From contig JAHBMJ010000488.1 of the NCBI GenBank assembly GCA_018398765.1, positions 62,001 to 126,000 of the forward strand: a DNA stretch of 64,000 bases, written 5' to 3'. Below the pieces are notes generated by a model, which was not told the DNA's origin, did not search any database, and saw nothing but the letters and a program-made list of their open reading frames with translations. Below are positions 37,556 to 48,000 of the stretch, in pieces (position 1 is the stretch's first letter; the number at the start of each line of letters is the position of its first letter). The stretch is from Chromera velia (taxonomy: Eukaryota). The position numbers and the translations under genes were made by a program.

Positions 37556-39362
37556 ACAGTCTACGTACCTTGAAGACTGTGTCCTCATCAATCACTCCCA
37601 TCGAGTCAAATTCATTTGCCCTTCGCGCCAGCACAAACAGCCACGCGCCATCAACACTCGCTGCCACCGCGCTGACTTGACCGAGAGACTCTGCGGGAGG
37701 CAACCCGACAATTTCCCATGCCCCCCCTCCTGCAGACGCAGGCAAGGCGAATGGGACGAAGTCACGCGGTGGCGGCACGTCTTTGCTGTCCACTGACAGA
37801 CACACAGGCACATACCCCCACTCTTTGACAGTCTCTGGCGTTGAGGGAAAGTGGGGGTGGAACATCAAATACTGATTGCACATCTCCTCCCCCTTCGACA
37901 AGTCGGCCCCTACCGTTGTTGTGAAATTCCGCTCTCTTGTGTCGTACTCACAGTGCAACTGAATCATATCCCCGGCCCTCAACTGAACGCCCTTTGCTGC
38001 TCCCTCATTTATCTGATTGAAAATTTGCGGCTCTTGCACGCTTCTGTCCAGTACTGGACCCGTGTCAAGGCCGTCTCGAAAAACGTGAGTGCGCCACCGT
38101 CGTCCAATCTCGTGGCCGTGATTTCGGTACGCGAAGATCGAGACGTCTCTCGACAACACACACGTGTCAGTGGCCTCCGTCATCTCCTTGCCAGGGGGGA
38201 GCCGGAAGGTGTAGTTCAATAACATTTGAATGGCTATGCCCGCAAGGGGGGGAGGCTCAAGCCCTGCAGGCGGGGGGGGTGCAATCTCGCCTACAGCGAA
38301 TTCCAGCGCCTCGAGTGGGCGCGTGGAATGTTTCTTATGGTGTCTGTGAGGAGACGGGCCCTGGTGGGCGTCTCGCAGCGCCTCTGCGTATCCCCTCCAT
38401 CCGACAGGGATCTTCGGATCCAGGGGCACTGCTGAGACTTCGATGGCGGCTGTGACAAGCTCATTGTTTTGCACAACGGCTTCAGGGACCTCAAAGTGGA
38501 TGTTCAGAATCAGGGACAAGGCGTCTGTGCCAGGGCCCACAAAGAGCCCCAGACCGTGGGGGAAGGCAAAGGGAAGGGCCACGTCATTGCCTGTACGGGC
38601 CCAGGCAAAGACTTCTCCAACGGGTGAGAGCCTCGAGAAAGAGTGGTATTTGGCTTCACTGTCTGTGCTGAGGGATTTGTACACCACAAGGTGATGCACA
38701 TAGGTCATGTTGACGACAGGCAAGATGGACGTGACCAGTCTGGGCTCGTCGTAAACAAACGGACCGAAGAAAACCAAATTTTCGCCTTTTTTAGGTTTCA
38801 TAGGGTCCAGCTTCATCAGCCTCTTCTCATAAACTCGGGCGGACGGGGAGGGGGAGAAAGGGAAAGGGAGCGAGTCGGAATTTTCTGCTTCTTCTTTCGC
38901 AGAGGCGGGAGGGACAGCCGCTGGTGGCTGTATGGAAGCGTCTGCGGTGGCAGAGGTGGGGTCGATGTCAGAGTCCGTCTTCTCTGCTTCTGTTGACGAT
39001 GGGCGAGGAGGAGGATCAACCGGCATCTCCTTCTGTTTAGCTGCAGACGCTCTGACCTGCCCCCTGAGCTCAGGAGAGCCCGAAGCGCTTGCTGATGAAA
39101 GAAGAAATATGACAGAAATGAATACGAAGAGGAAGGCAAGAATTCCAGTGGTCCAGATCATGTATTGTCGGACTGTCTGGGAGTCTTCTGAGGGTTTGAC
39201 TTCAGTCTCATCAGTCAATTTTTGTCTCTCCCCCCCCTTCCTGCCTCTACCTGGGCTCTTCGGACGGCTTGGAGAGGCTCGGGGAGAGGGGTTGCTCCTC
39301 GGGGAGCTGGAGAGGTCAAAGTCGGAGTGCCGCATGGCCTCCTCGTCTCTGTCTCGCCACAT
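36269..39362 (-). CDS. PAM: Bifunctional peptidylglycine alpha-amidating monooxygenase-like protein (PHM copper monooxygenase + PAL NHL-repeat lyase), 2 exons
   Basis: Exon 1 39362-37569 has PHM motifs YVHHLVVY, VFAWAR, LNIHF, AYRNHGHEIG, GEEMCNQYLMF, then GQVSAVA. Exon 2 37042-36269 has PAL motifs PHGLTCDSKGDVWVAD, PTDVAED...FISDGYGNSRV, FNIVHGVA...VADRENGRIQ, WPHDID. Junction TTC AAG|gtacgt...ctgcag|ATC is in frame. Confidence 0.92.
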
Positions 39363-39878
39363 CTGCACGCTCTGTGTGGTTTCAGGAAATTCAGTCAGGA
39401 GGGATGGTCAATTAACAGACGTGTGAAGGGATAATCGTTTTGTTTTTGGAAAAACCCGGATTTCCGTAACTGACTCCAAGAGAATTCAACAGAGACGCCT
39501 TGAATTTGTTGCCGTGAAAGAATTTCGCGGGTCTGACCTTCGTCAGCTATAGGTCGTCCGCGCGGAGCTTTGCGTGCGTCAGTCGTACGCGTGGCGACCG
39601 CAAAGTATGGTGGTCCCGGAAAGGCTTGGCCGTGGCCCCGGAAAGCGACTCAGATACTTTTAGGCATAATGATCGAAGTCCAAACACTGACTTACATTCA
39701 GAGGGTATAAGCAAAGTCCCTCGTACAAGGCGTACATGGTAGGAGCCCCTGGATTTGAAAGCTACAGATGTTTGAGCGCAAAATTTCTGGAGAAATTCGT
39801 GCGCTTGTTTAAGACGGCCGCCCTCCGACCTTCGGTTTGTGTGTCCGTCTCCTCTCTGAGTTCTCCTTCTGATCGATC

Positions 39879-40996
39879 ATGGAGAACCTTCAGACAACTC
39901 TGGCACCCAAGGCGGAGATCACCACTGGGGTGTCAGAACTGGATGACTTCTTTGACTTTGACCTGACAGAAGAGCAGCTTGCAAAGCTCAATGAGAAGTA
40001 TGGGGACAAGGAACACCCTCTGTTCATGGATGAGCTTCCAAGTCAGTCAGCCGTGTGTGTACCCTGTCAGATCATGTGATCGAGCTACCCTCTCACACAC
40101 CCTGCTCTGATCCCGTGCAGCAAACCTGGAGGATTACCCTGAGCTGGAAGCGCTACAGCAGCTCATCTACGCAGAGGGGGAGACGCCTGACTCTATTGCA
40201 GCGAACTTCAAGGTCGGTTAGCCGTCTCCTTTAATCGGCTTTTCTGTCATGCCATTTAGCGGACCGACGACATGGTATCCCTCCCTGCGTGCAGCAACAC
40301 GGCAATGAATTTGTGAAAGAGGGCCCCAAGAAGTACCGAGAAGCGCTTCACTGCTACACACAAGCGCTGGACCAACCAACAACGGATACAAAGTTGAGAT
40401 CGGTTCTGCACTCCAACCGCGCACATGTCCGTCTCCACCTGAAGAACTATCCGGGTGCTGTTGATGACGCACGCCACGCGATTCGGTCAGATGTGTCAAA
40501 TGTGAAAGCCTACTGGCGGGGTGCGAAGGCGAGTACGGAACTCGGACTCTACAAGCAGGTCATTGGATTTTGTGACGCTGGGTTGAAACAGGATGGAGAG
40601 AACGCAGAACTGAAGAAGCTCAAAGCCCAGGCGGCCGAGAGGTTGGAGGAGGCAGAGGTGCAGAAGGAGAAGGTGGCACAAGCAGAGAAGGTTGAGGAGA
40701 AAAAGGTGGGCTGAGTGAATCCGCAGGGCGGCATCCAGCTCACTAGGCTTCATCCTTCCTTCAGATTGAATGAATTAAAGGCTGGAAGAAAAAGGCAATG
40801 AAAAACCGGTCGGGCGAAAGCACTTCAATCAGGCCTCGTCCAATTCACAGAGGACGGAGCGTCTTTCTCTCTTTTGCCCTCGGCACTGTTCGGCGGTGTT
40901 TCGTCTTGTTGTGTCCCAGGTGGTCGTGGGACTGGTGCTGCCTGCTTTCTCTTGCTTTTGTGTTTGTCCTTCGGTTTCTGCTCGTGTGTGTGTGAG

Positions 40997-41058
<62 letters not shown>

Positions 41059-42111
41059 TGTACTTTTGGAGCTCCCGTCGGCATGACGCATGCATCGGTC
41101 TCTTCGCACGCAGAAGGAAACCACTCAGGAGAAGGTTGCTCGGACATTTAAAGAAAGAGGTGGGTGATAGAAAGGAGAAAACACATTGTCATGAGGGAGG
41201 GAGACGAAGCAGCAGCAGGCCTAGAAAGCAGTGAGAGGCGCGTAGTCTGTTTATGGAGAATTGCGTGGATGGATGGGTGAGAGGGTGACAAAGATAAAAA
41301 CAGGGGCAGAAAGACCTTTTTTTCCCCTTCTGCTTCACTGGTTTTTGGACTTATGCATGCAAGCACGATGGTAAAGCCTCCTCTGTAGAGATCAAACCAT
41401 CTCAGCGTCATGTCAAGAGTGAAAATATGGCTCAAAGTCATGTCATTTTTCACAGCCGTGGATGGTGAGAGAAAGTCGCCCTGCTGCTGTATGACTTTGG
41501 GAACACAGATTCCTCACACCAACACATTCCATCCTCCCTCTCTGCAGGCATCCAGGTCGAGGCCCCCCTGTATGACATGGGAGCACGGTACTCTGGGAAG
41601 GCGTCTGTTGACCTGATGGGCAGGTTGAAGATGCCCGTGGCGTTTCTGTACGATGAGAGTCTGCAGTCGGACTTCATAGAGGAGTTTGGAGAGGAGGATC
41701 TGATTGAGGAACACCTGCAGGTAGGTGCGTTGGGGGGTGCATGCATGATGTTCTGTTTAGGTTTCCCGCCTTTTCTCAGGAGGGACGGGAGTCACACAGC
41801 CCGTCTTTTTGGTGCAACAAGGGGTGACCGTGTGACGGCAGACGATTCTACTCCTCTGCTTTTGTGAGTATCAAACATTCTCCCTCTGCATGCAGACCAT
41901 GTTCCCTGGTGACAGATTTGTTGAGTGGGACTCCGAGAAGAAATACGTCTGGGACAAATTGGCTGTTTACTTCGAACCGGGGGGGCCTGAGACGGGTCTG
42001 ATGGTGCGGGTGTCTCGAGACTGGAGTCTCAAACAAGTGCTCTTCAAAAGAAAGAGGACGGCACACATTCCTGTCTTCCACATTCTGGTCAGTCAACCAG
42101 GCAGTCAGTGA
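39879..42111 (+). CDS. TTC4: TPR co-chaperone of the TTC4/Cns1 family, ~6 exons
   Basis: HPLFMDELP, PELEALQQLIYAEGETPDSIAANFK, QHGNE...YREALHCYTQAL...LHSNRAHVRLHLKNY...NVKAYWRGAKA (TPRs). C-terminal Wheel-like PVAFLYDESLQSDFIEEF...HLQTMF...WDSEKKY...IPVFHIL. Confidence 0.88.
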
Positions 42112-43184
42112 GAAGACAGGAAGTCATTGAATGGGAAGTCATTCAATGAACACTAAAGTGAGCTCCCGTGATCCCAGTGACTTGCTTCTCAGGTGGAGTA
42201 CTTCCCCTACCTGAGGCTCTCGTCTGATTTCTTCTCTTCCCTCAAGCAATTACGTGTCTGAGCGGTTTTTTACCAAACTGTGTGTAAGTCTCCTTCTGTT
42301 TAATTGTGTCTCTCCCAGCTGACTTGCATCTTCTCCCTGCCCACTCGCCTTCCATTAAATTACTCATGCAGGCAAAAGATGTTTTGTTCTCTCTTTCTTG
42401 TTGCAGGTAGAAAATTCACCAGCACACAGAGCCTTTTTGGAAGCAAATCACTGCGAAGACGCAATAAGAAAGAAATAAAAGAATTGATCGTTCACAAATT
42501 CAGCGCGCTTGCAACAACTTAAAAAGAGATGCGCATAAAAAGTCATATTGTGTGCAAGTTGTAGGTATATGTTTATGACAGAAATATGAATTTTTATATT
42601 ATTTTTCTTTTCAATTTTTCATTAGCTAGTGAAAGTTTATTGGACTAAATCACTACATCTATTATTTTTCTACCATTTAGCAACTTTTCTAAAATTATCC
42701 TAATCTTTTAGCCTAATCTTATGGAACGGCCCCGTGTTGAATTGAAATCTAGATTGAAATTTGTGTGAAATTATAAATTTAGTACATACACAAAAATATG
42801 GATAAGATGAGGTTTATGTCAAAGCGACGGTCCCGCATGTGTACAAGTATAGGTTTACAAGATAAAATTCATCGAACGTAGCATTGAATACCTTACTTTA
42901 GAAAACAATTATCTACACATTCTATATATGTACAATTATGTTTTCTAGTATATTTTTTTTAGACATGTATAAATCAACTGCTTGTAAAAATATTTTCGTT
43001 GGGAAATGGTTTTGCTAGTGGTTTTACAATTGAAAGCTACCATTAATTAAAAACGATACAAACAGTTACTTTAATAGATAGCGTCTGACAAGTCACACGC
43101 GCGTATGACATGTCCAGGAGGCCGCCTGAGGCGGTCTACGCCGGTGTTTTCTCAGGGCCAGCCGATTGAATTCCAATTTCTAAA

Positions 43185-44282
43185 TCAAATCACTTGAAGC
43201 TCTCTCGAACCGTATCCATACTCTCCTTTGAATGTGTCGAACGTCTCCGTGAGTCTCCTCATGAACTCTGCATGGCATGCCTCAATGAGCTCTTTGGGTG
43301 GCTCCGCTTCTTTCCCCTTACCTCTCCACTTGTCGATGTCAACACCCTCAGCATCCTTCCCCTTCTTCTTGATCCATTCGCGTGCAAATGTAGCGGCATC
43401 CAGAGGGTCCCCAAAGACCACATTCTGGGCAACTTTCTGGCTGTGGATGGGGGACCAGCTGCCCCAAGAGAGGGTGAAGCACATGCGTAGATTCTTCACA
43501 ATCCACGTTCGTAGACCGAGAAGAAAAGTAGTGGTCTCGAAGCAATCGTTCTGACCAAACACGTATTGGGGAATGACTTTGGCCTGAAATTTCAGAGCCA
43601 GTCTGATGAAACCTGTTCTGCGCTTCAGGTACACCGTCTCTTTCCCTTTATGAGTCAACACCTGTTCCATCTCTCCCCCCGGGATCAATTGGATCGAGAA
43701 CCCCTTCCTCAAACAAAACTCCGCTGTATCCCTCGACGCATCCACACAATGGGTGAACAGTGCAACCTCTCGCAAAAAGGGAACGCGAAAGAGAACGGAA
43801 GCCGCAAGAGACCGCCAGGGACCAAGGAACGGCAGTGCACGGTAAAGCAGCCCATCAACCAGCAGACGGTAATTGCACTCCACCCCGTGAGGAAAGGAGG
43901 CAATGATCCATTGCTGTTTTTGGATCTCCCTCCTCTCTTCTTCCGACGCCTTGTGGAACGTTTCTGCAAGATTCCACAGCCCGTCTGTGAGTGTCACCGT
44001 GAGGGGGAAGAATCGCCTTCCCAGTCCGATGAAATAGAAGTTCTCTGTGAACTCTCGCCAAGGTGCACCCTCCTTTGTCGAGTCTGCGTACGCACACGTG
44101 GCTGCAATATACAGCAGCACCAACAAAAATGCATACAGACGAAAGCTAGAAAACGCCAAGCACAGACTACCAAAAATCGCAACGTGGATGGTGCAGTAGA
44201 AGACGATCAACCAGATATCCAATACGATCCGCTCGAAGAGTTTCAGAGGCTTCGAGCACTCAATAACCGTTTTTCCAGGCAT
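43185..44282 (-). CDS. DGAT2: Diacylglycerol/monoacylglycerol acyltransferase, DGAT2 family; apparently intronless
   Basis: Two N-terminal TM helices, RRFFP (YFP-like), IIASFPHGV (HPHG-like), ASVLFRVPFLRE, IPGGEME, RRTGFIRLA...VIPQYVFGQND, VVFGDP. First in-frame ATG is at 44282; the ORF track opens at a TTG at 44309. Confidence 0.9.
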   Translation of the reverse strand: MPGKTVIECSKPLKLFERIVLDIWLIVFYCTIHVAIFGSLCLAFSSFRLYAFLLVLLYIAATCAYADSTKEGAPWREFTENFYFIGLGRRFFPLTVTLTDGLWNLAETFHKASEEERREIQKQQWIIASFPHGVECNYRLLVDGLLYRALPFLGPWRSLAASVLFRVPFLREVALFTHCVDASRDTAEFCLRKGFSIQLIPGGEMEQVLTHKGKETVYLKRRTGFIRLALKFQAKVIPQYVFGQNDCFETTTFLLGLRTWIVKNLRMCFTLSWGSWSPIHSQKVAQNVVFGDPLDAATFAREWIKKKGKDAEGVDIDKWRGKGKEAEPPKELIEACHAEFMRRLTETFDTFKGEYGYGSRELQVI

Positions 44283-45035
44283 TCTTTCAATCAAATGGCC
44301 TTCAATCAAGATAATGTTAATGAAACGACCGAGTAACCCCCTTTCTCAGAGAGCACGGTTTCCCCTTTTTACATGAAAACTTTTCGAGGAGACGAGACGG
44401 CTTATAGAGTGTCAACAAAAAACCTTCGGACTGCTGAATCTTCCGGACAAACTTCTGTCAACGCGCACACTAGTCGTCACTCTACTCCCAAGTTGATTAG
44501 GTAAGGAAACGCTGTTCGGCTTCTGAAATGCTATCACTTTCTGCTGTCAGAGGAAAGTCACGGACTGGAAAGTTTGAGAGGGAAGATCCGATTCAAGATT
44601 GAGACGGGACTCCATCCTCAGTCTGCTGACTCGATCGATCAGTGCGAAATTGCGCGAATCATTGCGAGCCGCCCCCGGAAAGCGAAAACACCAGAAAATG
44701 GCCCCGCAAATTAAATTTCTGAGGCACTTTTCAGGAACAGATCGATCGCGACCCTGCCGCGAACAACAACCTCAAAGTCAGATCTACTAGCTCCACACAG
44801 CTAGCCAAAGTGTCAGACTGTTTTCCGAAACAAAGTGGTCTTTTCGCTCATGGAATTCAATTTGTCAGCCCCATTATCTGTGCACGACAAGCAGACAGCG
44901 TTGGCGTTCAGTAATTAAGTCTTTGTTTGGTCTTTGTTCTTTTACTGGCTTCTTTTTTCTTTTCCTGTGACGACGTCAACGCTTTCGGCTCCCTTCCTCC
45001 TCTTCGGGCAGTCTTGAAGCAATCCTCGAACAAGA

Positions 45036-48000
45036 ATGAAGACAGCAGAAATCGGGCGAGCCCTCTGCACAGGGAACTTGCTTCCTGTTCGTAGAGCTAC
45101 TCTCGGGTGAGTTTCTTTCCCGTTGATCATACGCTTTGATCGATTTCTTCCCTTATTTTCTCTGGGTGTTGTGGGCTGGTATCCTTTTCAAGTGTGGCGT
45201 CTCTTCAACTTTTTTCGTCGCTTTCTTCGCTGCAATCTCACCCTGTTTCTTCCCCCTCTTCTTGACTGTTGTGCAGATACGCGGCTGCTCGGCTTGCGAG
45301 AGACGTAAGTTTCCTCCCTTCTGCCTTCTGTGCCTGCAACATCAGTTTTCTTTCAAGTGACCCACCGACATTTTCAGCTAAACCGACCTCCATCTGCAAG
45401 AGATGTCAGAGTTTTCTCTCCCCTTTCCGCAGTACAGCTCCTTTATTCCACACTTCACAACTGTGATCATTATGCACTTCCTGTACAACGTCATTTCTAA
45501 TCTTCGTTCGGGGCAAGAATGTGCCGATCTCCTCAGTTTCTTTGACTCTCTCCTCCCATCGAGTCTCAATGTGCGAGAAATCAGTGTCGACCCTCACCTC
45601 TTTGAGTGCTTGCACCTCCTCAATACTCCGCATCCTTCCTTCCTTTCTTTGTGCAGTTCTCCCAATGTCCTGCTGGCTGGCGTCCCGTCCAAGTGATCAC
45701 TCGGGGCTCTATCGGGGCGTCTGGGGGAGACGATCACAGAGAGCACTTCCAGTCCGCCTTCCTCGCCAGGGAGTCTCCCTTCGAGAGGGGGTACCAGATC
45801 AAGGCCGTACAGGCAGTCGGAAGCCCCAGGGGAGGCGGGAGCATGCACGCGACCGCCAACCTGACCCTCATGAAGACCTCCTCTGCCTCTGGGGCCTCTG
45901 CTACCGCCACTGCGACCACAGGAGGACACCCAGGCGAGCTCTCTGCCCAGATCCGGGGTATGCTGGACTCTCTTGAGCGCATCTCCCGTCTCTCTACTGG
46001 CCAGGTGCCCGCCACTGTGGAGCGTCTCTCTCAGACGGAGACGGCACTTCGCAGCGCTCTGAAGGAGAAAGGGGACCTTGTGGAGGTCGGTCTGTCTGTC
46101 TGTCTGTTTCATTGTTGCTGCTTTGTTCGTAAGCTTGTTTTTTGAAGTTTCAAGATGTCGATACTGAGGCAAGTGCAGAAGGGACGTGGAGAGCAGGTGC
46201 TTTTTGCTCTCGCATTGACTCGTTTGTCTGTTTTCCCTTTTTTTCCTTTCTGTCAGGAAGCTGTCCTGATTAGGAGTTCAGGTAATGTGTGGAGTCAGCG
46301 CCAAAAAAACGGCTCGCTTAATGATCTTGTCACTTCTTTCGTTTTTGTTTCCCATCGTTTTGCGTTTCCCTGACGTGTTTCCTTGCTTATTTTCTTTGCA
46401 GAGGCTGCACCACCTCGAGAAGAGCAGGAGGGAGCTGCACCACCAGGTGGAGGACCTGAAGGTGAAGCAGGCGCAGGCGCTGTCGAGGCTCCAGGAGGAG
46501 AGGGAGAGACTCGTGAAGGCCCAGAAGGATACCGTCACAAGGCTCCAGTCGGAATTCAACAAAGAGAGAAAGAACCTCGCAGAGAACCTCCAGGGAGTCG
46601 AGGAGGTGAGTGAGTCGGGGGAAAGGCTTTCGAGCTCTCTATGCGTGTGTGCACGTGTGTGTGAAACCACCTTTTTTGTTTGCGTCTCTTTCTCTTTCTT
46701 GTTTGGCCCATCCTTCTCTGTCGATTAGGAAGCCCTCTTGTCGGAACTTTCCCCTCGCTCTGTGGGTCTGGATGTCTGTGTGTGTGTACGTATATGGACA
46801 TGTAAGTGTATGTACATGTATATGTATGTGTGTGAGCATGTGCAGGCGTACGCATCCCAGGCCAAGACAGGACAGCGACTGCAGTCAGAGGTGACCGGGC
46901 TCAAGACGGCACTGCAGGTGTGCCTGCTGCTCTTTCTTTTTGTTCTCTTCTCTTCTATTTTCCTTCTCTTCTCTTCCTTTCTCTTCTCTTCTCTTCTCTT
47001 CCTTTCTCTTCTTCCTTCCTTCCTTCCTTCTTCGTTCGTTGCTTCCCATCTTCCTCCCCCCTCTCCTTCCTGCCTTCGTTTCTTCACATCGCCTTTCGTC
47101 ACATCTTTCTTGATTCCGTTCTGTTCTGTTTTTGCTTCCGATTCCATTGCGTTTGTCCTTCTGACTCCAGTCTGTGGTCTCTCTCGATTTTGTATCCTAG
47201 TCTGAGTGACGCGACTCAACTCAACCCCCTGATTGCAGAAGGAGGGCGAGGAGAAGAGGAAGTATGAGGACAAGGTGAAGGACCTGCAGAAGGTCGGTCT
47301 TTCTGTCTGTCTGTCGTGTGCGTGGGCCTTCTCATTCTCCTTTCCCTTCTTTGCGTTTTGATGTTCCGGTATGCATTCCGGTCCTTGGCCTGCCTGGCTG
47401 TCCTAGCTGTTCCTCCATTTACCGTCTCTATGCCGGGAGGGGAGAGAAGGAAGTGAGGGGGGGAGGGTGGAAGTATATGAAAGTCCGTCTCAGAGCGTTT
47501 TTCTACGCACCACCTTTGTCTCTCTATCCATCCTTCCTTGAGCTCCTTTTCCTTCTGTTTTTCTGCTTGACTGACTCGACGCATGGTTGCTGAATTGTCT
47601 GCACGGCTCCCTCCCTCCCCCTTGTTTCTTCCTTGCTTGTTGCTGTTGCAGCTCCTGAACGAGACCGTCATGGCCGGACAGAAGACTGCGGTGGAATGGA
47701 AGGCGGTGAGTGAGTCAGTCATTCAGTGCCCCCGCCCTCCACACACACACACACACACACACATACACACACACGAAGGGATGGATCTGTGTGTCATAAA
47801 AGCATCAGCAAAAAGCCTAGAAGGGAGGGACAGAGGAGCTTCGAGACCCGTCCTTTTGAGCGACAAGTGACTTTGCTGGGGGGATCTGTTTGACTCTGAC
47901 GTCCTCCGACCATGGATGTCTGAATGTTCTATCCCCTCCCTTGTTTTTCCCGTTTCAGAGAGAGACAAAGATTTTTTTTTCTCTCTTTCCATTCGAATGC

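Noticed and set aside
39737..39765. tRNA-like 3' end on the minus strand (TTCAAATCCAGGGGCTCCTACCA)
   Set aside because: No pairing T-stem, D-arm or acceptor 5' half; probably chance.
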